A DNA stretch of 64,000 nt. Origin: Takakia lepidozioides (taxonomy: Eukaryota; Plantae; Bryophyta). The notes below the pieces were generated by a model. It saw only the letters and a list, made by a program, of their open reading frames with translations. It was not told where the DNA came from and did no database searches. The stretch spans positions 28,024,001-28,088,000 of the forward strand of contig CM060732.1 in the NCBI GenBank assembly GCA_030704615.1, in the 5' to 3' direction. Position numbers and translations under genes: made by a program. Position 1 is the first letter of the stretch. Each line of letters starts with the position of its first letter. Shown piece after piece: positions 26,501 through 40,010 of this stretch.

Positions 26501-27479
26501 TAGGATGGGGTTTATTAAAATGAGTGGATTAGGAAAGGCCACAAGGCCTCACAGGGGATACGCTGCCTGGCAAGTTTGTAGACCGAACTGGGCACCTGAG
26601 GGCTTGTGGCTCACCCATTATACTGCATTAGTGGGAGGGACTGTCTAAGTGGCTCACAAGCTTACAAAAGCCCCTTATGGGCCTGTGAGTTTGTGCATAT
26701 AAGTGCCTTATACCGTCACTCTTGCTAAAGGGCCAATAAGTGGAAAGTCTGGTTGGTAAGCTGAGACTGATGAATGCCTTTAGAAAGGCTAAAATCTGTA
26801 TCTGACATCCAATCTCCATGAGGCCTTTTTTATCCAACTTCCACAGTGCTTTTTTGGACCCTCTGAGCAACCTAACTGACTAAGCATGAATGTCTGATAA
26901 TTCCACCAGTTGAAGTGATAGCAAATTGCTGGACTAGCCCATGAGCATCTTGATAGACTGAATAGGATCAGCAGTGTCCCAATTTACCCATAGTATTTAT
27001 TTTCTTCTTTCAAGTACTTCTAGTGTAGGCATGAAAATTCCACATGTTTTCCTGTGGTATATCAACTTACAAAAAGGAGCTCTTGCAGTGAAGACGAATG
27101 ACATGATGCTGGTGATCTACCTGTCGTCACTTATTCGGAGTGTGATCGCGCTACACAATCTCATCAACAACAAGGTATGCCTGACGTCATGTTTACACTC
27201 AACTACACAGATCTGCAGAATGATGCAATTGAATTCCTTAGTAGGCAGCAGGCAGTACAGTTGATTGCAGGCCCATCCTAGGGTTTGGCCATCACCTATT
27301 TTGTGTTTTGCAAAGATGTCCATTCACAGACGTGGGTTTATGCAAGGGGTATTAATCGTCTCATTTGGGTGTATATGGAAAGCTTTCAACTTGGAAATGT
27401 TTGTGTGCAGATGTTGAACAAGGAGCATGAGAGAGTTGCCGATGCAGCATCAACCGGGCTTTCAGCTATAACCGTGTAG
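23548..27479 (+). CDS. RPN8: 26S proteasome lid subunit RPN8 (PSMD7/MOV34), 10 exons
   Basis: [118 protein letters not shown]; all GT-AG junctions in frame. Confidence 0.97.
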
Positions 27480-29479
27480 GGTGTTAGATAGACAGACAGG
27501 ATGACTTGGGGCTTTTATCACAATTCAAAGTAGGGCTCATCCCACAATAGATTTTTTCACATAAAGTTGCAGCATTTAGTGCTAGGATGGGTGTAAGCAC
27601 TCTAGTGCAACAGCAAATGGAGCCCTTGGAGGCTTTGCTTTTATGACTTTGTCTGTCAAATGCACTTTTTCCATCTGAGCTGACCCTGCTGGGTCTGTCT
27701 GGCTAAACTTGAGCTGTTGAGGGGTTGATTGATTGTGATGTCTTGCATGGGGTGTTTGCTATCTTTCAAAAATGGACAATGATATGATCTCTGCAGGAAT
27801 TTCAAGAGAGATCAAAGAAGTCCAGGTGGTGGTTTTCCCAGCCAGCTGTCTGAAAGGTGGCAAAATGGTAACAGTAACCAAGAGCAAGGTGGAGGTCATC
27901 TGGGCTGTGCAGGTAGTCTCAAGTCTCAACCATGGTGAGTGTGTGGTTTAACCGTGAGCATCTCATTGCTACAAGCAGCAATCAATAAATTTGCCTGTCT
28001 GCACAAAAGTTGAAGCTCTAGTTAGAGAGCATGATGTCATGTCTGCATGGTCTTCAAGCTTGAGAGAATCTACTCTCTAAACTCTTGAAAACTGTATGAA
28101 GATACAAGAACCATTTAAGTGTATATGGTCCAATGTAGTGGGTTCCACGAGGCTGCATGATAAGGAACTTTGATTATGGCATAATGCAAATATGTTTTAA
28201 ACTTACAGCGTGTTCTCAAAATTACGGAGTATGTAGATGATGGTTTTGTTGTGTATGGTGGCATGTGCGATGATAGAAATTTGCATGGTTTTTCCCATTC
28301 TAGCATTAATTCAAGCATGGTGACTTGACAACCGATGACAGTGCGTCGATGCCAGAGTCTGCACAAGCATTTTCACTAGGCAGCAAACAAGCAACAGCTC
28401 CCTGGTTCTTTGCAGTCAGTGTGCAAAAAACTGCTCACTAAAGCACCATGCCAAACAGACAACACTTCAAACCTCTCACTTTCTATTTGTTAGGGGAGCC
28501 TGCCTACGGATGAGAGCCAACACTGTTCCATTGTCAAGTGACAGGCCTTTGTCAGCAACCCATAGCAGAGGCACTGGCCTCATTACTGGAATCCTGGCCC
28601 TTCAATGCCATTTAGTTGAAGGTCTTCACCTACTTGCATACCAGTCTCCAGTGGGTATCTTTTGAGATGCCATCATGAGAGATTACCTGGATGAGGCAGA
28701 AATGCCCCTCTTCTGCACTAGAGGTTGACTTCATTGTGTCCTAAAATCACACTGCATAGTCATCTTAGGTTAGCTAACTGAGATGGCTCCAACTGCAAGG
28801 TTGACATAAGTAGGTTAATCTGAACATCATGATTACTGTTTATTTGCATTCATCCACAATGATTTGGACCTTCTCCACAGTATCAAGTAAGATTGTTGCA
28901 CTTGAATTCACAGTTGGAATTACCTCTTTCCCACATCATCTCAGAGTCGCTAAAGGACATGCCTTTTTGAACAGCACTCAGCACAGTTGGCTTCACTGCC
29001 CCGGCTGCCTGCTTCCAGGCACCTGAAGATCCCCATGTGACAGTGAGACACAAGCTAAGATCCAATCTGCACTCTCAATCTAAAACAATGAAGGCCAAAA
29101 ACCGACCCCTGCTTTCACAACCCAATCTCCTGATGTTGAAGTCAACTTTTCCGGTCACCACAAAGTCCCAATAGCACGGGAGGCTCAGTGTATCATTACC
29201 CACAAGGTCCATATCACCCACAGAATTTGCAGGCTTATACAAAGTATTACATAAAAATCATACATTGCACCTTACGGTAAATGTAGCTGTGGATGTGTCT
29301 ATGCTTCAAACACATCGGAGTCAGTCGTATCCATCTGTACAAAACACCTATACACTGGCTTATTCAAAAATTACCATCTTTCGATGTTGTGGTTGACTTC
29401 CATCCTACCAACTCTACAATCCATACTAACAAGAGGAAGACAACTGCCATAGTACGCGCAATCCGTTTGGATGGGGGAC

Positions 29480-29688
29480 ACTAAACGGCCGTAACCAGGG
29501 TAACATGGTTGCCCCCAACTCTTTCCCCCCCGAGGCCTCAGAAGTCCCCGAGTACCCACACATTAAGTAACCGGCTGACCCAGTTGGGTTGGCCATAATG
29601 AGAGACATCCAACATACACCTGCGTGGATTTGAACCCACAACCATTGTAAGGCAGCCTTGTAACCTCACCACTAGGCTATCTGTTGGG
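29480..29688 (-). mobile_element. tRNA-derived SINE just downstream of the HPPD stop
   Basis: A box TAGCCTAGTGG (29679-29669) and B box GGTTCAAATCC (29636-29626) at tRNA-like spacing, with no full cloverleaf; 3' boundary uncertain. Confidence 0.6.
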
Positions 29689-29723
29689 TGCTATCCATAC
29701 TAATACATGTCTTTTATTTTATT

Positions 29724-32240
29724 TTATGCCTTGACAGTTCCATCAAGAGTTTTCTCGTACTCTTCAATAGACTTGAAAAGTTCTGAGAAGTTTCCCTTGC
29801 CAAAACCTCCACATCCTCCCTTCTGGACAATGGACCCTCCCACATTCTCCATGCACCCAATCCTCTGGATGACCTCAATGAAAATTGTTGGCCTGCAATT
29901 TCCACCATACACATATCAGCAGTAAGCAGCATCCCAACTTCGTTGTCCCATGTTTATTGAGTACTTATATGCATGAGCCATGCGGCTGCCATCAGTAACG
30001 AAGAAAGGAACGTCCGGAATTCGACAAATTAGTCCTGATTCCTGCTGCTCATACATCCTGCTGCACAGCGGGAACAGACTTTCTGCAGATCTCGCCACCA
30101 AAAAGTTGACCATCGCAAGTACCCGGTTGATATGTGACCACTGTATCGGGCACCCTTGGCCTAGCAGCTGGGTTTACCCGCATAGAATAACCTTCAAGAC
30201 AGGCCCATAAGCGTTTACAATCAGGATAGACACTTTATTGTGGCAAGTGCCCTAAACTAGTGGCCATCTGTTGGAAGTTGTCAAACATCCATGCTACCAG
30301 GCATTTGACAGCACTGCTGATAAACCTTGATTAGTTTGAAAATATCAGATCCCTCTAACCCAAAGGGCCTCAGCTTCTGCACACTGGTAAAGTGCAGAGC
30401 ACTGCACACTGAAGCCTTAGATGCCACAGTTTTGAAGCAAAAATATTCATATAAGTTAACAGACTAATTTGTCTTCCACAGTGCAGGGACCCCCAACCAA
30501 TAGACCAATCCAAAAGTGAGAGGAATGGGGTCAAATGGCATACCTATCGCCGAGAGGCTTGGTGAAAATCTGTAGCAACACGCCCTGGTCATCCTTATCC
30601 ACAAGGATCCCAAGCTCCTCACATTCCTTAATTTGCTGCTCTGTTAAGATCGTTCCCACCCGTTTGGGCATATTTCTGTAATACGTAGGGGGAGGCTTGG
30701 GCATAAAGTCAAACCCTCCAACTTGTGTGCGAGTGCGCATTTCCCTCAGTGTTGAGAATATGTCATCGCAAATCAAGGCTAGATGTTGCACGCCCGGGCC
30801 TTCATTGTGTTCGAGATATGTTTGAATTTGTGACTTGCGTTTGGTCCCAAAAGTCGGTTCATTTATTGGAAGGAGCACCATTTCATTGTTGCTAGCCAGT
30901 ACCATGCTGTTCAATCCACTCTCCCCTGTGCCCACATCATCAGCAGTAAACTCTGCAAATTCGTGGAACCCAGTAAACTTTGAGATATATTGCACTGCTT
31001 CTGTCAGGTTGTGCACATTGCCAACTGCGTGATCAAGTCGAACAAGCCCATAGGTGAGGGGAAGGGATTCCACGTCTTCATAATTAGGTAGAAAGGGACC
31101 CCTAAAACCATGCTTGCTTATGTACCTAAGCACCACATCCCCATAGAGCTGTACTTCGGATATTACCATTTTACCGCCCTTCAATTCATCAATCAAGATG
31201 TGGGGAGACAACACAGAGACTGCTCCATTCTCAACACTCACCCGATAGGCTTCATCAGCATCACCCACAAGAATTCCTACTGCCCTGACTGCCAATCCAT
31301 GGGTTCCAGTAAATTGCTTGGCATCATCACTGCGGAAACCTGGGTGTGTCATCTTGGTGTTCGTTTGATCAGTCTTTGCAGAATAAGGAGCAGTAAATGC
31401 AAATAGAAGCTCATTAGACTGGATTGCGTAGCTGCAATACGTCTGGTTGCCTGTAGTCTGGTCAGATTTCGCCACCAAATGCATGCCCAACCCCCACGCA
31501 AACCTCCGCCATGTATTTGAAGCATCCCCGCACCTGAAGTTGCAAACGAACATCATGCCTAATATTGTCAATCGGCATAGACTTGATGAGAGTATTAAAC
31601 GTCAAGGTGAGATCACTGCTGCCAATCAGAGAAAAATTCAAGCCCATGTGCAGTTATTATTGAGTGCTTCTCTCTAACCCATTTTCTTTCGGTTTCACTT
31701 GTAGAGCCACACCAAGCACGAGATTAACACATCATCGACTCTATGAACCAGATTGGCATCGGTATCTGTGCGCTATGCAAACTCTCATTTGCATGACCTG
31801 CCAGGTTAGGACCCACAACCTCATCCAGGAGGGTTTGTAACGCATGGAACTCTCCATAAATGGCGAATATCACAACCAACGTATATAGGAAACGGTCCAA
31901 GAATTCATTCATCATTTCTTCATCTTCATTCTCAGCGGAAACATAACCTGTAGTGAAGTAACGGACCCAGAGGAAACCCTAGCACAAACAACAACGCAAA
32001 AGACCCAGAAACCTAAACACTCGGTTCCTGAAAGATAATGGAGCACCACCAAAAATGGGGGAATAACAGCAAACACACAAATTCACAAATTCCCACATAG
32101 TAACCTCACCAAAACTCAATATGGTGAAATTGCTGAGCGCCAAAGCGTTCGGACATGGGATTCTTTCTCACGAATTTCTCACAACCCACCAGGCGCAAGG
32201 CGCCGATCCCACTGGCTTCATCGCTCTTGTCTAGCCCCAT
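29724..32240 (-). CDS. HPPD: 4-hydroxyphenylpyruvate dioxygenase
   Basis: Exons 32240-32110, 31533-30544 and 29892-29724: MGLDKS..FHHIEFWCGDA, LDHAVGNV, SGLNSMVL, QIQTYLEHNEGPGVQHLAL, LLQIFTKP, GGCGGFGKGNFSELFKSIE. A possible upstream start lies at 32557 (see findings). Confidence 0.97.
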
Positions 32241-33939
32241 TCCGAGACGGGTGCGACTCTTGGACAGAGATTCACCGCCCTCTTCGTCGTCACTGTCAGT
32301 CACAGAGAGCGCCACGCAAGAATAACGCTCCAAGGAAGAAAAGAAGGCGGACGCAATCCCCCCACCCACCGACCACGCCACTCTTTCCAGCCTGCCTCTC
32401 CTTCTCCGGCTCCTCAAGAGCCTGCAGGTTTTGACTAGGGGTGGTCCACAGCGACTGATGGCCTCCACTAAGAATCACCAACAACCCCAGCGCCTGCTCA
32501 CGCCGGATCCCCACTGCTCGCCTCGTCTGCTCTGCTCTCCACCGCACTCTTGGTCATCGTGTGTTGCCACCCCCACGACCCCCACCAAGCGAGGCAGCAG
32601 CCGGAGGGCCTATCTCCGCGGCCGTAACGCTGCCATCCCGCCCCCCAATCTTGCCACCGCACCCCGGTTTTCTCACAAATTGAATATTAAAACAAAAACA
32701 ACTTTTTATTTTTTATTCTCTTTTTAAAAAGACAGGGGACAGCAGTATAAAGGCTCATCCCCTGTTCTCTAAATTTAAAAATAAAAAATAAAAAGGCAAG
32801 GAAAAATCTAATCTTGAGGCAGTTTACAACTGGAAAAACCAAAGATAGAAGGATGCCAGACCACTTTTTTTTTTCTTTTGTTTCTTTTTTTCTTTTTTTA
32901 GACCACTTCTAGACTCAAGGGCAAGAACGAGTTGCACATAGCAATAAAATATTTAATAGTTTATCTTCATATTTTAATCATTTGTTTAGTTATTTTTAGT
33001 ATTCATCTTTTTAGTCATAACCTAAACTTATTAGAATCATTAAAAGTTATATCACTGTACGAATTAAATCAACACATATTTATAATTAAAAATAATTCCT
33101 GCAACGGTGTCCACAATCGCCAACAGGTCCGAATCCCTCCAATGGCAGTTTAGCCACTAGTTCTCCAAAGCATGGTCTTATCCCTGCTTGCGATATGCAT
33201 TGTCTTTCTAGCACCTAGGAGTATCCGCTAGGCCACTTTAGTCCTAGCTTTGGTGCCACGGTTACATAGTGTCTTGTTTCAAAAGGGCTCGTTCTCCTTA
33301 GGGCTTCAACCCTATTCCCCTCCCAAAGTATAGTCTACGCTCGACTTGGGTCGGCTTATTTTCTTTTGTCTCTCCATCAAACAATTGCAAGTCCTCTTCG
33401 AAAGAGTTGATAACTCTATATTTTAGGCTAAAACGCCTCTGAAATTCTGTGGTCGGAGACAGGCCCAAAATGGCTCTCAGTTACTGTTCTTAGTCATCCG
33501 GCACGGTCTCCGTGCGATCAGCCTCATGGCAGCCTTGTGGCACTCTAAGGGTTTTAATTTTTTTTCTCTTCAAATATTCCAATAAAGCTTCCAGGGCCAG
33601 ACCCCTGTTTATCAAAATAATAATAATAATAATAATAAAACATTATTCAAAATTTAACTTTTATACAACCAGTCACTTATAACTACACCATGCTCTTAAA
33701 CAAGTATGTTATATATATATATATATATATATATTCAAAGATCTATCACACAACATTCAATCTCACTTTCATTTTCTAAACATCTAAAGATCGGACATGT
33801 AACAATCTGATTCTAAGTATTTCAATCTATTTTTTCTTTCTACTGTAATTAATTAAGAGAGTCGGACTATAGGCAACATTGTCAAAAACTGCGGAAGATA
33901 TACATGTATGTTTGAAGAAGCTAAGGGAGATCATGAGAG

Positions 33940-34912
33940 ACTTTGGTCATTATATTTATGAATCACATATACTATTTATTGGTATGTACTGACAAAATTG
34001 GTAGGTTGTCACCATTTATTATAATTAAAACAAAACTTTATTTTCAACAAACGTTCATACATCCATTTGTAATGCATTGACATCATTTTTTGAAATAAAC
34101 TAGTACCTAAGTTAAAAATAGAAAAATAGTAAGATATTATTTATAACTGCCCTTAGGACTCCTTAGGATTGCCTAAGGAGGGGGGGAATGGAAATATGTA
34201 AATTACTATTTATAACTCTAAAAGAAAAAAATATTTCCTAAGAGAAATAGAAAAAATATAAACTACTATAATAAATGTATCAACTTTGGTCATTATATTT
34301 ATGGATTAAATATACTATTTATTGGTATGTACCGACAAAATTGGTAGGTTGTCATCATTTATTATAATTTAAAAAAAACTTTATTTTCGATAAACGTTCA
34401 TACATCCATTTGTAATGCACTGACACCTTTTTTGAAATAAACCTTTACGTGTTAGTACCCTATGTTAAAAATTGAAAAATAGTAAGATATTATTTATAAT
34501 TGCCCTTAGGACTCCTTAGGATTGCCCTAAGGAGTCCTAAGGGGAGGAGAAAATGGAAATATGTAAATTATTATTTATAATTGCCCTTAGGACTGCTTAG
34601 GGTAATCCTGAGGAGTCCTAAGGGCAATTATAAATAATATCTTACTATTTTTCAATTTTTAACATAGGTACTAACACGTAAAGGGGGGGGATGAAAACAT
34701 ATTTATTATTATTTATAATTACCCTTAGGACTTCTTGGGAGAGTCCTAAGGAGTCCTAAGAGGAAAAACATGAAAAGACATAAATATTTGCCCCGTTTAG
34801 GCAGCCTAAGGGGTTATAAGAGGGGGAGAATGGAAACACATAAATTATTATCTATAATTGCCCTTAGGACTCCTTAGGGCAGCCCTAAGGAGTCCTAAGA
34901 GGGGGAAAATAG

Positions 34913-34953
<41 letters not shown>

Positions 34954-36350
34954 CTTAGGACTTCTTAGGATAGTCCTAAAGAGTCCTAAGAGGAGAAAAA
35001 TGGAAAGACATAAATAATTGCCCTGAAGAGCCGTTTAGGTAACCTAAGGAGTTATAAGAGGGGGGAAATGGAACATATAAGTATTATCTATAATTGCCCT
35101 TAGGACTGCCCTAAGGAGTCCTAAGAGAGGGAAAAATGAAAACATATAAATTATTATTTATAATTATCCTTAGGGCTTCTTAGGGCAGTCCTAAGAGAAG
35201 AAAAATGGAAAGACATAAATAATTGCCCTTAAGACCCGTTTAGGCAGCCTAAGGGGTTATAAGATGGGGAAAATAGAAACGAATAAATTATTATCTATAA
35301 TTGGCCTCGGGACTCCTCAAGAAGGCCCTAAGGAGTCCGGAAAATAAAAACGTATAAATTATTATTTATAATTAGTCTTAGGGCTTCATAGGACAGTCCT
35401 AAGGAGTCCTAAGATGAGAAAAATGGAAAGACATAAATAATTGCCCTTAAGACCCGTTTAGGCAACCTAAGAGGCTGTAAGAGGGGGGAAATAGAAACAT
35501 ATAAATTATTATCTATAATTGCCCTTAGGACTTCTTAGGGCCGCCCTAAGGAGTCCTAAGAAGGGGAAAATTAAAAGATGTAAATTATGATTTATAATTG
35601 CCCTTATGACTCCTTAGGACGGCCCTAAGGAGTCCTAAGAGAGGGAAAATGAAAATATATGAATTTTTATTTATAATTGCCCTTAGACTCCTTTGGGCCA
35701 CCCTAAAGAGTCCTAAGAAGGGGAAAAATAAAAACATATAAATTATTATTTATAATTACCCTTATGACTTTTTAGGACAGTCCTAAGATGAGAAAAATGG
35801 AAAAATGTAAATAATAGCCCTTAAGACCCGTTTCAGCAGTCTAAGAGAAGGAGAAAATATAAACATATAAATTATTATCTATAATTGCCCTTAGGACTCC
35901 TTAGGGCTGTCCTAATGAGTCCTAAGAAGGGGAAAATTGAAAGATGTAAATTATTATTTATAATTGCCCTTAGGACTCCTTAGGGCGCCCTAAAGAGTCC
36001 TAAGAGTGGGAAAATAGAATGATATAAATTATTTCAGCCTCCTAAGAGGGGGAAAATGGAAAGATGTATTTTGTTATTTATAATTGTCATTAGGACTCCT
36101 TAGGGCGGCCCTAAGGAGTCTTAAGAGGGGAAAATAAAAAGATGCAAATCGTTATTTTTTATTGCTCTTAGGACTCCTTAGGAAAAAAAACAAACTATAA
36201 TAAATATATCAACTTTAAGAATCACATGTACTATTTATTTGTAAGTGACAGCATTTATTACAATTAAAACAAGATTTTGTCTTCAATAAACGATCATACA
36301 GCTATTTGTAATGCACCGACATCCATTTTTAAATAAACCTTCATAAGTTA
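33940..36350. repeat. AT-rich minisatellite of ~80-bp hairpin-containing units, bracketed by copies of a ~200-bp repeat
   Basis: Unit AAATTATTATTTATAATTGCC-CTTAGGACTCCTTAGGG-CAG-CCCTAAGGAGTCCTAAG-AGGGGGAAAAT repeats from ~34140 to ~36185; flanking repeat copies at ~33940, ~34285 and ~36190. Confidence 0.93.
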
Positions 36351-36429
36351 GTACCTATTCAAAAAGTGTGTGGGATAAGGTTAATAAATAGCAACTTTTC
36401 ATTATGTTTTCATCCAATTATTTTATTTT

Positions 36430-37640
36430 TCATTCATTCTTTTTAGACTGTACCTCATTTTTTCCCCTATAAGTATAGAAAACGAGGATCATTTTCTTTT
36501 TTTTCTTCCACAAGTTGTTTGCAGACAATAGATCTCTCAGTTTTACTCTTTTACCTTCGTTTTTGTGTTTCTTCTTTGTTTCTGTTGCTTGTTTATGTTT
36601 CTCTGTCCTTTCAAATATTTGACAATGTTTTTTAGTTTTTTTTAGTAGTTTCATTTGTCTTTGTTGTTCACTTTTGGTTCTCTATTTATGTTTCTTTCTA
36701 ATCTCTATTCTTTGTCTTTCTGTGTGAGTTTTTTAATAGAATAGAATAGGAACTTTCTCTTCTTTTTTCTCTTTCATTTTGTTGTCTTTTTTTCCTTTGA
36801 AAACTCTATAAGTATGCAGAACGAGGATTATTTCCTTCACTTTCTTCTGCAAGCAAGCTTTTTGTATAGAATATAATTGTCTTTGAGTTCTACTCATTTC
36901 CCATCGTTTGTGTTTCTTCTTTGCTTCTGTTGTTTGTTTATGTTTCTTTGTTCTTTCGGTTCTGTGGCAAAATATAAATGTCTCTTAGTTCTTCTCAGTA
37001 GCCTTCATTTGTTTTTTTCTTTCACTTTCTGTTCTTTGTTTATGTTTCTTCCTTATCTCTGTTCTTTGTATTTATGTGTGAGTTGTTTAGCGGAATAGAA
37101 TTGTTTATTCATTCTTTCTGTTTCGTTTTGTTTATGTTTCTTCTTTGCTTTTGTTGTTTGTTTATGTTGTTTTGTTCTTTTGGTTCTGTGGCTAAATGAA
37201 CTGTCTCCTAGTTTTAGTTCTGATTAGCTTTCATTTGTTTTTTTCCTTCGCTTTCTGTTCTTTGTTTATGTTTCTTTCTGATCTCTATTCTTTGTATTTA
37301 TGTGTGAATTGTACAGCAAAATAGAACTTTCCATTCTTTCTTTTTCTTCGTTCTTTCTCTTTTTCGTTTTGTTTCTTTCCTCTTCGTTTGTCTTTCTTCT
37401 TTGCTTCTGTTGTTTGTTTATGTTTCTTTGTTCTTTCGGTTCTGTGGCAAAATAGAAATGTCTCATAGTTCTTCTGAGTAGCCTTCATTTATTTTTTCTT
37501 TCACTTTCTATCTTTGTTTATGTTTTTTTATCTATGTTCTTTGTATTTTTGTGTGAGTTGCTCAGCGAAATAGAAGTTTGTCTTCTTTCTTTCTCTTCAT
37601 TTTTTTCTTCGTTCTTTCTCTTTCTTTCTTTTTTCTTTTT
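36430..37640. repeat. T/C-rich degenerate tandem repeat, 4 units of about 230-340 bp
   Basis: TTCTTTGCTTCTGTTGTTTGTTTATGTTTCTTTGTTCTTTCGGTTCTGTGGC-like blocks at ~36570, ~36915, ~37140 and ~37395. Confidence 0.85.
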
Positions 37641-39584
37641 TTTTTCTTTTTTTTCCCTAATATATTTGACACACTACCAAAAACACTATCTTATATTTCC
37701 ATGAAATCATCAAAATTCATTACACTATGATTATGCCACTTGACTGTTGAGGCCGTATGATACCCTTTGAGATTTAACTCTTCTTCCCCTTCAATAATTC
37801 AACTATTAACAATATAGTCATTTGGCTAAAAATAATGTGAGTTTTTGGCTAAAATATATTAGGGTTTAGCCAGAACTTCTCGACGTGGCCTTCTATCTTG
37901 CCGAGAAACAAAAACTTGGCACTAGCTAGCATCCTAAAAAGTCCACTCCCCCTGCAATTCCCAACCCTTCCCGCCTACCCTAATCCATTCATAGAACGTT
38001 AAGGGTCGCGAGCCCTTTTGGTGGGCCAGCCCCAAAACACGACCTAGTCCCATGGATGAAGTTGCATCTGACAGACAGCTCACAGACATCCACAAATATG
38101 AACCGTACCAACCCGTACCTACTAACTACATGTACTTGCTGACAAAATTAGGGGAGATTTGACCATCAGAACTGGTAGATTATAACATATACCGTACTTG
38201 CCTATATTATTCGTCAGGACCCTGCCGGATTAATTAATTTTTCTTAACCCTTAAACGCTCAGTGCCATAGTTTGACTTTTTTAGAAAACATGACCCCTTA
38301 AGTGAAAAAAAGGTGTAACTTTTAGAAAATTAACTTCTTAAAGAACTTGACCACACATTAGATGCGTACCTTCCTCTTGCATCCACCTGCCAAATTTGAG
38401 GCCAATCAGATCCACAAAATGCCACCGTTGAATGTGGGCCCCATTATATTGGGGCCTTTTGAGAAACATATCCATTTTTGGTAATTTTTTAAAGATTTGA
38501 GTGACGGGATCAAATGGAATTGAGGCGAAATTAGCAGGGTTTCATCCCCTTGAGATCCCTCATCCAACAAGCCAAAAAGTATCCAATTTGGCCAATGCAT
38601 GTGATGTTGCCACTTGGTCAAACGTGGAAAAATCCCATGTTTCTCTTCCTCTCGCACACACGTGTGAATAATGAAACAACGAGAATTACCTTTATCAAAT
38701 CGTGACCCCCCCCCGCTTGCGTGGTGAGACCTCTTTGCAACTTGGCAGATCCGAGACAATTGGGCAATGAATCTTGGTGTGCCAGGTGCCCAGGAACACA
38801 ATTTTTTTTTTTCGCACAATTCCATGGAGAATGCAAAAAGTTATTCAGATTTTTCTGAACCGAAAAGCCCGAAACGGGCCACTGGGCGTTTTAGGGTTAA
38901 AGAAGGGGTCCGGCAGCCTTTTTTTTAATTTCTGCAGTTCCGGCAGTTTCACGATAAATAATAAAAAACCACTCTTTTTGCATATATGTGTGGCTAGTAC
39001 AATGGTATTGCAAGTAAATATGGTGGGGCAAAGTTCGGGTTCAAATTTTTCTGACATTTGTTACTGGGAAGGTTTTATTTTAATTTTTTCCGGCAGTCTG
39101 TTTTTGCATTTAATTATCATCGGACAGCGTAGGTAGGTGCGGTATATAGTGTGGATTTTGCAAAAACACATAAATGAAGATGGAGAAATACAGTTTGACC
39201 AAGGTCATACTTGACTTTTGCTGAGGCAAGGACCTCACATTCACACAATACGCCCAATTACAAGGGTACTCTCCAAATTTGGAGGGATTTCTCCAAAAAT
39301 TGCATATGCCTCCTTTGTATGTCCAATAAGAGGGGTACAAGCCCGTGAAACAACTCCAAGAAATGAAAAAGCTGCCTGGACCCTAGTGTTTTTTATGAAA
39401 TGAAAATTCCTGTGGTGGAGTCCTATATTGCAAGAACACAAAGAGGAATCCCAAAGCTGAAATGCCTCCTTGGTTTAAAGTCTGTAGAGCCTCTTTCCGT
39501 CTACTTGCCTCACAAAGCATCTTCACATGCCCAGAAGTACCAAAAAGAGGCATTGTGGACTCCCTCTCTTGATCCTCTTCCAGA

Positions 39585-40010
39585 TGCACCTGCAAACATC
39601 GCGTCCCACGGCACCACATCTCGTTCAGCCATAGTGTTTGAAAACTCCCTTCGCATCCATAATGCACCCACATTTGGCATACATGTCCACTAGGGCAGTT
39701 TTCAGAATGACATCTAGTACAATTCTAGCTTTGACGATGTCACCATGGACCTCTTTCCCCTTTTCCAGAGCTCCAAGGCTTGCACACGCATTGCAAACAC
39801 AAACAAATGTGATGTGGTTGGGCTTCACCTTTTCAGGCAGCATTTGCTCATAGGTCTCCAAGGCATTCCTACCACACCCGTACTTGGTAAATCCTGCCAA
39901 CATTATGTTCCACGTGATCAAACATCGTTGAGGCATTCTATTGAACACTTGGTGAGCCACTTAACATACATGTTGACAAGGGAGTTGAGTAGAATTTTTT
40001 TGACGTGAAT
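39585..40010 (-). pseudogene. PLS-class PPR gene fragment, frameshifted
   Basis: LLNSLVNMYVK, then a frameshift into [58 protein letters not shown]; very similar to the motifs of 46387-48562. Confidence 0.88.

Noticed and set aside
29100-29280. Possible decayed APE endonuclease (LYKP...V.G.DFN) on the minus strand
   Set aside because: Too degenerate to support without a search.
34140-36185. CRISPR-like array of palindromic repeats
   Set aside because: The intervening sequences are themselves repeated rather than unique spacers, there are no cas genes, and the context is eukaryotic.
37895-37930. Helitron-like 3' end (small hairpin + CTAG)
   Set aside because: The hairpin is weak, spacing is atypical and no 5' TC end could be defined.
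38000-39400. TE-like non-coding stretch with short ORFs
   Set aside because: No TIR, TSD or transposase motif identified.
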